A stretch of DNA of 64,000 bases, taken from contig CP182352.1 of assembly GCA_048571215.1 (NCBI GenBank), positions 416,001 through 480,000 on the forward strand, in the 5' to 3' direction. Below are positions 42,739 to 52,877 of this stretch, piece after piece (position 1 is the first letter of the stretch; each line of letters begins with the position of its first letter). The notes beneath the pieces were generated by a model. That model was not told the origin of the DNA and searched no databases. It saw only the letters and a list, made by a program, of their open reading frames with translations. The stretch is from Halarcobacter sp. GTDB taxonomy: Bacteria; Campylobacterota; Campylobacteria; Campylobacterales; Arcobacteraceae. The translations under genes and the position numbers were made by a program.

Positions 42739-43775
42739 AAAGAGCCTTTTGTAATCTCTTTTAACTCTTCATTTGTTAAGTTTTTGTGAAAAAATAGCTT
42801 ATAAAAATCTTTTGTCTCTTGATTTATATCTTTTGTATAATATTGTGGATAAATAAGAGAACTTAACCAATGAATACCCAATAGTCTCATAAATGAAGGT
42901 GGTCTATCAATCCAGTTAAAAGGAGTTCTTGGTACTAGAAAAACCTTTTTTTGTTTTACGGCATTTAACATTTTCCATTTTACACTTGTAAATATATTTT
43001 TAAAAAATTTTGGTGATTGAACTATTATAAAATCAGGATTTGCTTTTAAAATAGTTTCAAAACTAAGAGTTTCCATACCCATAATATCTTTTTGTAAACA
43101 TTCATAGATATTTTTAGCTTTTATAAATCTAAATTGAGTTGTATGAAAAGAGTTTGAACAATCACTTTGTAGACCATTTACCCCTTGAGCATAATAAAAT
43201 GTTTTTTGATTTGTCTCATTTATATTTGAAGAGATTTTTTTTATGTAATCCAAGCTTGATTTAGCATAATTAGATAATTCTTTACCTCTGTTTGGCAGAT
43301 CAAATAATTCTCCTAAAAAGTTAAATGTTTCTGGCATTTTTTCTAAGTTATCCGCATCAACCATTACAATTGGGATATCAACTTTTTTTAAACTTTTATT
43401 TACTTTTTTTAATAAAAAGTCATTTTTCCATGATAGAATCATTTGGGCATGTACACTTAAAAGTTTTTCAATACTTGCACCTTTTTGATTCCCATGCCAA
43501 CCACCTAGTATTGGAAGATTCATAAAATCTTCACCAACATACTCATTTGAAGTAAAATTGTTTTGATTATAAGCAGGGAAATTTAGACCAACTAAAAGTT
43601 TGGGATTATACAGCGAGACTAAAAATGTTGTAGGTGGAGCTGAACCAAAAACTCTTTCAATTTTATCTGGAAGAGTTATTGTTTCTCCACTCATATCTGT
43701 AATGTTTTTTGAAAATAGATTTGATAAATTTAGTAAAAAAATAACTAAAAAAACAAATATTGATTTATTTTTCAT
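42735..43775 (-). CDS. ABC substrate-binding protein, paralog of 41015-41974
   Basis: LPILGGWHGNQ, NPD and PFNWIDRPPS. Confidence 0.88.
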   Translation of the reverse strand: MKNKSIFVFLVIFLLNLSNLFSKNITDMSGETITLPDKIERVFGSAPPTTFLVSLYNPKLLVGLNFPAYNQNNFTSNEYVGEDFMNLPILGGWHGNQKGASIEKLLSVHAQMILSWKNDFLLKKVNKSLKKVDIPIVMVDADNLEKMPETFNFLGELFDLPNRGKELSNYAKSSLDYIKKISSNINETNQKTFYYAQGVNGLQSDCSNSFHTTQFRFIKAKNIYECLQKDIMGMETLSFETILKANPDFIIVQSPKFFKNIFTSVKWKMLNAVKQKKVFLVPRTPFNWIDRPPSFMRLLGIHWLSSLIYPQYYTKDINQETKDFYKLFFHKNLTNEELKEITKGSF

Positions 43776-44359
43776 TTTTTCTCCTCAAATTCGTGGGCAA
43801 TATTTTCATAAGGGTATCTTTTTGGAGCCTCCATCATAGTTCTTCTATTAATCATACGCAAAGATAAAGATTCTATCCATTCCCAAAATGGTTTTATATA
43901 CTCTTTAGGAAAATCTATATCTTTCAGAGTTTTTTTGTAAAACATAAGCCAAACATCTCTAGCATGTTCATCTATTGTAAATGGAAAATGTCTTGAGCGA
44001 AGGTGTGGATGTCCATGTTTTGAGCTATATCTTGAACCACCACCTAAGGCTTCCATAAAAAATTCTGCTGTCCTTTGTGTAACCATTTCAAACTCTTTTT
44101 CATCTTGTGAAAAGATATCTTTTATGGAACTGTTTTTTAATAATCCATGATGATGGAAAACCATTTTGATAATATTTTTTTCTCCAAACTCTTCATAAAT
44201 AGTTTTAGGAGGAAATGGCACTGGTGGGTAGATAAAATCAATCATAATATCTTTTACACCATTTGGGTCAAATTTTTGACTGATATCACATTGACTGAAT
44301 TTTTTGATTTCATCTAAGGGTTCATGTCTTAGATTTATAAATGAATGTTTATTGTTCAT
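43772..44359 (-). CDS. Truncated (2/2) haemoglobin, group II-like, with an N-terminal extension
   Basis: FFMEALGGGSRYSSKHGHPHLRSRHFPFTIDEHARDVWL. Confidence 0.85.
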   Translation of the reverse strand: MNNKHSFINLRHEPLDEIKKFSQCDISQKFDPNGVKDIMIDFIYPPVPFPPKTIYEEFGEKNIIKMVFHHHGLLKNSSIKDIFSQDEKEFEMVTQRTAEFFMEALGGGSRYSSKHGHPHLRSRHFPFTIDEHARDVWLMFYKKTLKDIDFPKEYIKPFWEWIESLSLRMINRRTMMEAPKRYPYENIAHEFEEKK

Positions 44360-44418
44360 TTTTTTTCCTTTACTTAAATTTAAAGCGAAAAAAAACAAGT
44401 AAGTAAAGTAATGAACAA

Positions 44419-44450
44419 CGTAGTATATTAAAATATATAGCGTTTGTCAA
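44419..44450 (-). promoter_or_regulatory. ModE-like box overlapping a TTGACA-17-TATACT promoter
   Basis: cgtagtata-N6-tatatagcg (44419-44442); minus-strand -35 at 44450-45 and -10 at 44427-22. Confidence 0.72.
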
Positions 44451-44534
44451 TATTTTAAATTGTTATGTAAGTTTTATGAAAAGTTAAAATTTATTGATTT
44501 ATATTAAGAGTACCTAAAAATAGGTATCTTAATA

Positions 44535-44873
44535 CTATTTTGTTCCTAAAATGTAATAAACAGGTTTTTTATCAAGTTTTTGTAAGTCAACATTGTATTT
44601 ATCTGCCCAGTTATTAACTTCATCATGAAACTCTTCTAAAATCTCTTGTGCATCGTTTTCATCACATTTGATTTTAAGGTACTCAGATGAGTTTGATAAT
44701 CCAACATAAGCATTCATCTTTTTTAAATTGTCATTTAAACTTATTAGATGTTTAGAAAATTTTTCAAAATCTTTTGTTTGTTCCATAATAACTTGGGCTT
44801 GTTTTAATGATGTATCACTTTTTGTGTAACCAAGTTGTGAAAGTAAAACTTCCGGTGAAACTTCTAAATGCAT
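44535..44873 (-). CDS. Hypothetical protein (112 aa)
   Basis: ORF with aggag RBS and a downstream hairpin at about 44502-44534. Confidence 0.8.
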   Translation of the reverse strand: MHLEVSPEVLLSQLGYTKSDTSLKQAQVIMEQTKDFEKFSKHLISLNDNLKKMNAYVGLSNSSEYLKIKCDENDAQEILEEFHDEVNNWADKYNVDLQKLDKKPVYYILGTK

Positions 44874-45056
44874 ACTACTCCTTTTTTATTTTTTGAATAA
44901 AGATATTATCAAAAAATTTATGAATATGACTTGAAATATATTTTAATATAAACAATTTATATTTTATTTAATAATATAAATTAATTTAGATAGATTTAAT
45001 AAAATATAATTTCATTTAGAGTATCATTTTTAAAATAAAGTTTTCAAAGGACTTAT

Positions 45057-45371
45057 GTGAGTGTCTTACTACAAATGGCAATGTTTCCTACAGATAAAAG
45101 TGAAAGTAAAAGCGAGCAGGTTTCTCAAGTAATAAAAGTGATTAGAGAATGTGGTTTTCCATACCAATTAACACCTATGGCTACGATTATAGAAACACAA
45201 AAGATGTCAGATGCTTTGGCGATAATTCAAAAATGTTATGATGTTTTGGATAGTTTAGATTGTAATAGAGTTTATTCTGCTATCACTTTTGATATTAGAA
45301 AAGGGCATGATAATAGACTTAAAAGTAAAGTTAAATCGATTGAGGATAAGATAGGTGAGGTTTCAAAATAG
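45057..45371 (+). CDS. MTH1187/YkoF thiamine-binding family protein
   Basis: MFP..S.S..V, YQLTPMATIIE, RVYS....DIR and KVKSIE. Confidence 0.88.
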   Translation: MSVLLQMAMFPTDKSESKSEQVSQVIKVIRECGFPYQLTPMATIIETQKMSDALAIIQKCYDVLDSLDCNRVYSAITFDIRKGHDNRLKSKVKSIEDKIGEVSK

Positions 45372-45372
45372 T

Positions 45373-45945
45373 CTAAAATAGACTTTTTTGAAGTCCTAAA
45401 TTATCTTCATCCAAAGCTTTAAGTTTAAAAGTTTTTCTATGCTCTTCACATCTTCCAAACTCTTTAATTTTTTCCACATGAGCTTTAGTTCCATACCCTT
45501 TATGTTTCTCAAAGTTATAATTTGGATATTTTGAAGAGATTTCACACATATATCTATCTCTGCTAACTTTTGCCAAGATAGAAGCTGCACTTACCTCTTT
45601 TATTTTTGCATCAGCTTTTATCATATAACTTAAGTTTGTAATACCAAATGAGGTATTCCCATCCATTAGAAATTCATCTGTTTTATCTTTTAATTTAGTC
45701 ATTATCTCTTGTATAGAGTTTTTTAAACAAGCTGAAATCCCTTTTGTATCAATATCTTTTGCTGAGGTAAATACTATATGATAGTATGAGTTTTTAACTA
45801 TCTTATCAAATAGTTCTTCTCTTTTTTTTTCAGTAAGTTTTTTTGAATCATTTAATTCATTTATTTCATTTTTTAATATTACTCCAGAAACTACTAGTGG
45901 TCCTGCTAATGGTCCTCTTCCTGCTTCATCAATTCCACATAACAA
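45373..45945 (-). CDS. rnhB: Ribonuclease HII
   Basis: GIDEAGRGPLAGP, DSKKL, AASILAKVSRD and HKGYGT. Confidence 0.97.
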   Translation of the reverse strand: MLCGIDEAGRGPLAGPLVVSGVILKNEINELNDSKKLTEKKREELFDKIVKNSYYHIVFTSAKDIDTKGISACLKNSIQEIMTKLKDKTDEFLMDGNTSFGITNLSYMIKADAKIKEVSAASILAKVSRDRYMCEISSKYPNYNFEKHKGYGTKAHVEKIKEFGRCEEHRKTFKLKALDEDNLGLQKSLF

Positions 45946-46054
45946 ATATACTCCTTTAATAAAATTATAAAAATTTTATAAAAAATAAGATAATAATGTA
46001 GTAATAATATTGTAATATTATTTAAATATAGTATAATACTACAAATTTGAGGGA

Positions 46055-47179
46055 ATGGTTATGAAAAAAAGTCTACTTATAATTTTTTCTTTGTTAATAA
46101 TCATAACTCTAAGTGCTTATATTTTTTTTCAAAAGAATGTAATAAAAATTGGTTTTGTTGCAGGGCTTAGTGGAAAGTATTCTAATTTAGGACATAATGT
46201 TTTAGATGGTTTTATGCTTGCTTTTGATGAAATAAATTATAAAATTAATAATGAAAAAGTGCAAATTGTTATAAAAGATGATATGCAAAAAGAACAGGTT
46301 GCTAAAAGAAATATTGTGGACTTAGAAAAAGAGGGTATAAATCTAATAGTTGGAAACACAACAAGTTCAATGACTAAAGCATCTTTATCTAAATTGGTAT
46401 TATATAAAAATCTTTTTTTATTTTCACCAACAGCAAGTTCAAGTGAATTTAGCAATTATGATGATAATTTTTTTAGGCTCCAAGTGGACAACTCAAAAGA
46501 AAGATTTAAATTATTATCAAAATATCTCATAAAAAATAAATTAACAAATCTATATTTGATTTATGATCCTAAAAACAAATCTTATACAAATAACTATTTA
46601 CATAACTTAGAGGATTCCTTACTTGAAGAAGGTGGAAAAAAGTATATAGCAACAAATACTATAGATAAGGGTTTTAAATTTATTTTAAATGATATTAAAT
46701 CAAAAGATGATTTAGATGGAATAGTTATTGTTGCTAATAGTTTAGATACAACTAGGTTGATTCAATATTTAAGGGTTAATGGTATAGATAAAAAGATTAT
46801 TTCATCTTCTTGGTCAAAGGGTAAAAAGTTTTTAGAAGATGGTGGAAATGCAGTTGAAGGGACAATCTTTTTAACTACATACGATTTACATTCAAAAGAT
46901 AAAAAATACTTAAATTTTGTAAAAAGATTTAAAAATAAATATAATTATGACCCTTCGGTATTTTCTGCACAAGGTTATGAAACGGCTAAAGTGATAATTG
47001 ATATACTTAATAAAGATTCAAATCTAAAGAATTTTAAAGAAAATATAAAGAAGATAAAAACATTTGAAGGTTTACAAGTAAAAATATTTTTTAATGAATT
47101 TGGAGATGTATATAGAGATAGTTTTATTGTTCAAGTTAAAAACCATAAATTCAAAAGATTAGACTTCTCTTTAGAGTAA
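46055..47179 (+). CDS. Periplasmic binding protein (LivJ/type 1 fold), membrane anchored
   Basis: IKIGFVAGLSG, KDD, SPTASS and GYE. Confidence 0.85.
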   Translation: MVMKKSLLIIFSLLIIITLSAYIFFQKNVIKIGFVAGLSGKYSNLGHNVLDGFMLAFDEINYKINNEKVQIVIKDDMQKEQVAKRNIVDLEKEGINLIVGNTTSSMTKASLSKLVLYKNLFLFSPTASSSEFSNYDDNFFRLQVDNSKERFKLLSKYLIKNKLTNLYLIYDPKNKSYTNNYLHNLEDSLLEEGGKKYIATNTIDKGFKFILNDIKSKDDLDGIVIVANSLDTTRLIQYLRVNGIDKKIISSSWSKGKKFLEDGGNAVEGTIFLTTYDLHSKDKKYLNFVKRFKNKYNYDPSVFSAQGYETAKVIIDILNKDSNLKNFKENIKKIKTFEGLQVKIFFNEFGDVYRDSFIVQVKNHKFKRLDFSLE

Positions 47180-47181
47180 TT

Positions 47182-49314
47182 ATGAATAGAAATTTAAAAA
47201 AGCAAATACTTTTTCTTTTAATTTTTTTTACTATAACTGTTACTATTATAATTGGTGCATTATCAATTATTAATATATACAACTCAAAAATAGATATTAT
47301 TAAACACAATCAGAATTTAGTATTAAAACAGGTTTTATATGAGATAGATAGCCAATTAAAAAAGATAGAGAAAGTATCTTTATATATTTCAGAAAACTAT
47401 TTTTTAAATGAAAACATACTAAAAAATATTGTTGAAGTAAAAAGTGATATATCAACAATTATGGTTTTAAATAAAGCAGGTTTGGTTGAAGATTTATATA
47501 CAAATTCACAAATAAATCAAAATATTTATAAAGGTTTTGATTTCTCAAATAAAGAGTATTTTAAAAGATTAAAAAACAATAATAGCTATTGGTCAAATGT
47601 ATTTTTATCATCATTTGATGAAAAACCAACAATCTCTTATAGTTTTGTTATGGGTGATAAAATAGGTGTTATTCTAATAGATATAAAAGAGATATCTGAT
47701 TTTATATTTAGTTTTAAAAATCAAGATGGATCAAATATGATAAGAGTTTTTGATAAAAATGCAATTATGATTATGAATCCAGATCACATAAACTATGTTT
47801 TACAACGCTATAATGCCAGTTCATCGCCTGTTTATACAGAATTAATTAACAAACATCAACCTTTTGAATATACACTATTTTATTCTTCAATTGATAAACA
47901 AAAGCAATTAGGTACTTATGTGACATCTATAGAAAGTGGTTGGAATATAGTAGTTAGAGAAAACTATAGTAATATTTTAGAAACGCTTAACAGTGTCTTT
48001 TTATCTGTTGTTATTACAATTCTTATTTTTACAATACTAGCAATATATTTAGCCTTAAAAATTTCAAGAAGAGTTTTTAAGTCATTTGATGATATTGAGA
48101 ATATAACTTCTAATATTGCTAAAGGTAATTATGATATTAAGCTAAAAGATTTATATTATGATGAGTTTAATAGAGTTTTAAATAGTTTTAATAAAATGCA
48201 AATGCAGATTGATAAAAGAGAAGAGAATTTAGAAAAGTCTTTAAATAGTTTTAAATCTTTGTTTAATTCAACAATGGAATCGATTGTTTTACATAAAGAA
48301 AATGTAGTTATAGATGTAAATGATGTTTGTTTAGAACTATTAAAATTAGATTCAAAAGATCTAATAATAGGAAAAAGTATCTATTCTTATATTTCACCAG
48401 AATATAAAGAACTTGTTGAATCTAATTATGAAAAAAATACGGGACCCTATGAGATTGAACTAATAAATAGTGAAGGGAAAAGGATAAATACTTTAGTTCA
48501 AGGTAAATTTATAGACTTGCAAGGAAGAAAGGTCAAAATATCTTCGGTGATTGATATTACAGAGCTTAAACATAAAGATAACCTTCTTTTTCAACAAAGT
48601 AAAATGGCAGCTATGGGTGAGATGATAGGAAATATTGCCCATCAATGGAGACAACCACTAAGTGTTATTAGTACTTGTGCTAGTGGTGTTAAGTTTGAAA
48701 AAGAGTATGGCGAGTTAAAAGATGAAAGATTTATTGAGTCTATGGATGTTATTTTAGAAAACTCTCAATATTTATCAAGAACAATTGATGACTTTAGAAA
48801 CTTTTTCAATACAGAAAAAGTAGCCGAAGATTTTGTAGTAAAAAATATCATAAAAAGGGCACTAAAACTTTTGAGCTCAACTTTAAAAAATTATGAGATA
48901 GATTTACATACACAATTTTTGGAAGAAGAGTTTAGATATGAAGGTTTTCCAAATGAGTTTATTCAAGTATTTATAAACTTAATAAACAACTCAAAAGATG
49001 CTTTTCTTTTAAATGATATAAAAAATAGGTATATAGAAGTATTAGAACATAAATATGAAGATAAGTATATTTTAGAAATAAGAGATAATGCAGGAGGAAT
49101 CCCTGAAAATATAATAAATAAAATTTTTGATCCATACTTTACTACTAAACATAAAGCCCAAGGGACTGGAATAGGTCTTTATATGTCTCATCAAATAATT
49201 GTAGATCATATGCATGGTGAAATAAGTGTAAAAAATGTAAATATCTTTGTTCATGATAAAGTACAAAAAGGTTCTTGCTTTAGAATTGAATTCCCACTAA
49301 ATAAGCTCTCTTAA
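47182..49314 (+). CDS. Sensor histidine kinase (Cache-HAMP-PAS-HisKA-HATPase)
   Basis: Two TMs, IAHQWRQPL, NLINNSKDA, DNAGGI, PYFTTK and GTGIGL. Confidence 0.95.
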   Translation: MNRNLKKQILFLLIFFTITVTIIIGALSIINIYNSKIDIIKHNQNLVLKQVLYEIDSQLKKIEKVSLYISENYFLNENILKNIVEVKSDISTIMVLNKAGLVEDLYTNSQINQNIYKGFDFSNKEYFKRLKNNNSYWSNVFLSSFDEKPTISYSFVMGDKIGVILIDIKEISDFIFSFKNQDGSNMIRVFDKNAIMIMNPDHINYVLQRYNASSSPVYTELINKHQPFEYTLFYSSIDKQKQLGTYVTSIESGWNIVVRENYSNILETLNSVFLSVVITILIFTILAIYLALKISRRVFKSFDDIENITSNIAKGNYDIKLKDLYYDEFNRVLNSFNKMQMQIDKREENLEKSLNSFKSLFNSTMESIVLHKENVVIDVNDVCLELLKLDSKDLIIGKSIYSYISPEYKELVESNYEKNTGPYEIELINSEGKRINTLVQGKFIDLQGRKVKISSVIDITELKHKDNLLFQQSKMAAMGEMIGNIAHQWRQPLSVISTCASGVKFEKEYGELKDERFIESMDVILENSQYLSRTIDDFRNFFNTEKVAEDFVVKNIIKRALKLLSSTLKNYEIDLHTQFLEEEFRYEGFPNEFIQVFINLINNSKDAFLLNDIKNRYIEVLEHKYEDKYILEIRDNAGGIPENIINKIFDPYFTTKHKAQGTGIGLYMSHQIIVDHMHGEISVKNVNIFVHDKVQKGSCFRIEFPLNKLS

Positions 49315-49331
49315 ATATATATATTATAAAA

Positions 49332-49361
49332 CTTGACAAATAAAAGCTCAAGTGCTATAAT
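49332..49361 (+). promoter_or_regulatory. clpB sigma70 promoter overlapped by a HAIR-like (HspR) operator
   Basis: TTGACA-17-TATAAT with extended TG; CTTGAca-N7-gCTCAAG against HAIR CTTGAGT-N7-ACTCAAG. Confidence 0.75.
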
Positions 49362-49394
49362 TTTATTAGCAGTTAAATACAAGGAGTGCTAAAA

Positions 49395-51980
49395 ATGAAT
49401 AATATATTTGAAAAATTAACAAACCAAATGGCTGAAACAATTGATTCATCAGTTGCTTTAGCTTTACACAATAAAAACCAAGAAGTGGAAGTGATACATC
49501 TTTTATGGGCTTTATTAACAAATACTAATTCTGTATTAAATCAATTATTAAATAAAATGAATGTTAATAAAGCTGCAATTGAGCTAGAAACAAAATCTTA
49601 TGCAAATAAACTTCCTCAGGTTTCTTCTGTAACAAAAGAGAATATAAAGTTATCTAAAAACCTATTATCCTCTTTACAAAAAGCGCAAGGAGTTATGGCT
49701 ACATTAGGAGATAAATATATAGCTATAGATAGTTGGCTTATAGCTAATTTTGATTCAAAAGAGTTAAAAGAGGTTTTAGGTAAATATATAGATTTACGAG
49801 AAGCAAAAAAAGAGCTTGAAGCCATGAGAGGTGGAAATAAAATAGATAGTGCAAGCTCAGATGATAATTTTGAGGCATTAAGTAAATATGGTATAGATTT
49901 AAATAAAAAAGCTATTGATGGAGAGTTGGATCCAGTTATTGGAAGAGATGAACAAATTAATAGAATGATGCAAATTCTTATTAGAAAAACAAAAAACAAC
50001 CCTATATTATTAGGGGAACCAGGGACTGGTAAAACAGCAATAGCAGAAGGTCTTGCCCAAAGAATTGTAAACAAAGAGGTACCTTTGAGTTTACAAAATA
50101 AAAAAGTTGTAACTTTAGATATGAGTGCTTTAATTGCAGGTGCTAAATATAGAGGAGAGTTTGAGGATAGACTAAAATCAGTAATTGATGAGGTTAAAAA
50201 AGCTGGAAATATTATACTATTTATTGATGAAATTCATACAATTATTGGAGCAGGTGCAAGTGAAGGGAGTATGGATGCAGCAAATATACTAAAACCTAGT
50301 CTTGCAAGAGGTGAATTACACACTATAGGTGCAACAACTCTAAAAGAGTATAGAAAGTATTTTGAAAAAGATGCAGCTATGCAAAGAAGATTTCAACCAG
50401 TAAATGTAGATGAGCCAAGTGTAAATGAAGCTTTACAGATTTTAAGAGGTATAAAAGAGAAACTTGAAGCTCACCATAATGTAACTATAAATGATAGTGC
50501 GCTAATTAGTGCAGCAAAACTAAGTGATAGATATATAAGTGATAGATTTTTACCAGATAAAGCTATTGACCTTATAGATGAGGCAGCAGCAGAATTAAAA
50601 ATGCAAATTGAGTCAGAACCAATAGCACTTTCTACTATAAAAAGAGAGATTCAAACAATCAATGTTGAAAAAGAAGCTCTTAAAATGGAAAAAAGCAAAA
50701 AAAATGAACAAAGATTAGTAGAAATAGATAAAGAGTTAGCAAATCTAAATGAAGAGAAACAAAATTTAGAAGCAAGATTTAATAATGAAAAACAAACCTT
50801 TAATGCAACAAGTGAACTAAAAACAAAAATTGATGAACTAAAAACAAAAGCAAATATTGCAAAAAGAGAATCAAATTTTGAACAAGCAGCTTCAATAGAG
50901 TATGGAGAGATACCAGCTTTAGAACAAAAAATAAAAGAAAACGAAGAAAAATGGAAAATAATGCAAGAGGAGGGAACCTTACTTAGAAACTCAGTAGATG
51001 AAGAAGCAATTGCGAGTATTGTAAGTCGTTGGACAGGTATCCCTGTAAATAAGATGTTGGATTCTGAAAAACAAAAAGTTTTAAAAGTTGAAGAGGTACT
51101 AAAAAAAGATGTTATAGGTCAAGATGAGGCTTTAAAAGCTATAAGTAGAGCTATAAAAAGAAATAAAGCAGGATTAAGCGAAGAGAGTAGACCTATTGGT
51201 TCCTTTATGTTTTTGGGACCAACAGGGGTTGGTAAAACAGAATCAGCTAAAACCTTAGCAAGATTTTTATTTGATGATCCAAAAGCACTTATTAGATTTG
51301 ATATGAGTGAATATATGGAGAAACATGCTGTAAGTAGACTAATAGGTGCAGCACCTGGATATGTGGGATATGATGAGGGTGGTCAGTTAACAGAAGCTGT
51401 TAGAAGAAAACCTTATAGTGTTATACTTTTTGATGAGATTGAAAAAGCACATCCAGATGTATTTAATATACTTTTACAAGTATTAGATGATGGAAGACTT
51501 ACAGATAACAAAGGCGTAACTGTTGATTTTAAAAATACAATTATAATTTTAACTTCAAATATAGGAAGTAGTAAGATTATTGAAATTAGTGATAAAGATA
51601 GTAGAAAAAAAGAGGTTTTAAGTGAATTAAAAAGCCATTTTAGACCAGAGTTCTTAAATAGACTTGATGATATTGTGATTTTTGAACAGTTAAATTTAGA
51701 GGCTATTACAAATATAGTTGATATTTTATTTGAAAATATTAAGAAAAAACTTGAGCAAAAAGAGATAATTATCTCTTTATCAAAAAATGCAAAAGAGTAT
51801 ATTGCAAAAGTTGGGTTTGACCCTGTTTATGGTGCTAGACCACTAAAAAGAGCTATTTATGAAATAGTTGAAGATAAATTGGCAGATTTAATTTTAGAGG
51901 ATAAAATCACACAAGGTTCATCAGTGAATTTTGATGAAAAAGATGGAGAAATTGTTGTTGAGATTGGAAATATAGATTAA
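49395..51980 (+). CDS. clpB: ATP-dependent chaperone ClpB
   Basis: Two AAA+ modules ([16 protein letters not shown]), long M-domain coiled coil, GYVGY and GARPL. Confidence 0.97.
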   Translation: MNNIFEKLTNQMAETIDSSVALALHNKNQEVEVIHLLWALLTNTNSVLNQLLNKMNVNKAAIELETKSYANKLPQVSSVTKENIKLSKNLLSSLQKAQGVMATLGDKYIAIDSWLIANFDSKELKEVLGKYIDLREAKKELEAMRGGNKIDSASSDDNFEALSKYGIDLNKKAIDGELDPVIGRDEQINRMMQILIRKTKNNPILLGEPGTGKTAIAEGLAQRIVNKEVPLSLQNKKVVTLDMSALIAGAKYRGEFEDRLKSVIDEVKKAGNIILFIDEIHTIIGAGASEGSMDAANILKPSLARGELHTIGATTLKEYRKYFEKDAAMQRRFQPVNVDEPSVNEALQILRGIKEKLEAHHNVTINDSALISAAKLSDRYISDRFLPDKAIDLIDEAAAELKMQIESEPIALSTIKREIQTINVEKEALKMEKSKKNEQRLVEIDKELANLNEEKQNLEARFNNEKQTFNATSELKTKIDELKTKANIAKRESNFEQAASIEYGEIPALEQKIKENEEKWKIMQEEGTLLRNSVDEEAIASIVSRWTGIPVNKMLDSEKQKVLKVEEVLKKDVIGQDEALKAISRAIKRNKAGLSEESRPIGSFMFLGPTGVGKTESAKTLARFLFDDPKALIRFDMSEYMEKHAVSRLIGAAPGYVGYDEGGQLTEAVRRKPYSVILFDEIEKAHPDVFNILLQVLDDGRLTDNKGVTVDFKNTIIILTSNIGSSKIIEISDKDSRKKEVLSELKSHFRPEFLNRLDDIVIFEQLNLEAITNIVDILFENIKKKLEQKEIIISLSKNAKEYIAKVGFDPVYGARPLKRAIYEIVEDKLADLILEDKITQGSSVNFDEKDGEIVVEIGNID

Positions 51981-52071
51981 TATGATTTAAAATTCCTTAA
52001 ACTAAACAAAATTTAAGTATCATTTAAATATAATACGCGACTTAATTTGTGAATAGAGGAACTAAAAGATT

Positions 52072-52206
52072 ATGAAAAGAACATATCAACCACATAACAC
52101 GCCAAGAAAAAGAACGCACGGTTTTAGAATCAGAATGAAAACTAAAAACGGTAGAAGAGTTATTAAAGCAAGAAGAGCTAAAGGTAGAAAGAGATTAGCT
52201 GTTTAA
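52072..52206 (+). CDS. rpmH: 50S ribosomal protein L34
   Basis: [44 protein letters not shown]; too short for the ORF track. Confidence 0.98.
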   Translation: MKRTYQPHNTPRKRTHGFRIRMKTKNGRRVIKARRAKGRKRLAV

Positions 52207-52529
52207 GCAAACAACACCGTCTAAACGATTCTAGAGATTTTAATCAACTTTATAGAAACGGCAAAAAGTGGCATACTCACTCTTTTGTCGTTTTTTTTTC
52301 TGTTGATGAAAACTTAAAACTTGCATTTGTAGCTTCAAAAAAAGTTGGAAATGCAGTAAAAAGAGCAAAAGCAAAAAGAAAACTTAGAGCTTTAACTTTG
52401 AAAAATGAGAATAGTTTAAAAAACGGTAAATATATATTTGTAGCAAAAGAGTTGGTTTTCCAAAAAAGTTTTGAGCAATTGGAAAACGATTTCAAATATG
52501 CTATGAAAAAACTTCAATTATTTAAATAG
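52194..52529 (+). CDS. rnpA: Ribonuclease P protein component, with no canonical start codon (ATT proposed)
   Basis: HRL....DF..LY..GKK and [22 protein letters not shown]; position between rpmH and yidD. Confidence 0.92.
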   Translation: MSCLSKQHRLNDSRDFNQLYRNGKKWHTHSFVVFFSVDENLKLAFVASKKVGNAVKRAKAKRKLRALTLKNENSLKNGKYIFVAKELVFQKSFEQLENDFKYAMKKLQLFK

Positions 52530-52877
52530 ATGAAAACTCTATTTAAACTCTTAATTAAATTTTATCAACGATATATATCAATAATAAGTCCTGGAAGTTG
52601 TAGATATTACCCAACATGTTCAAATTATGCCCTATGGCAGTTTGACAACAATACTTTCTTTAAGGCAATTTATTTTACAATATCACGCATATTAAAATGC
52701 AACCAACTTTTTGAGGGTGGATTTGATTACCCAGTAGTTAAGATTGTAAAGCATTCTAATATAAATTACAAAAAAATAAAAATCAAATATTGGTTGGTAC
52801 CAATTAACGATAACAAATACCTCATAGTAAAAAATCGGGAGTGGAAAAATAGTAATGAACAACATGAATCAAAATAA
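52530..52877 (+). CDS. yidD: Membrane protein insertion efficiency factor YidD
   Basis: FYQRYIS..CRYYPTCSNY..RILKCN..GGFDYP. Confidence 0.95.
   Translation: MKTLFKLLIKFYQRYISIISPGSCRYYPTCSNYALWQFDNNTFFKAIYFTISRILKCNQLFEGGFDYPVVKIVKHSNINYKKIKIKYWLVPINDNKYLIVKNREWKNSNEQHESK

Noticed and set aside
51981..52071. oriC next to rpmH
   Set aside because: clpB, not dnaA, is upstream, and the 90-bp gap has no DnaA-box cluster
52277..52495. 72-aa minus-strand ORF
   Set aside because: Antisense to rnpA, which explains the region
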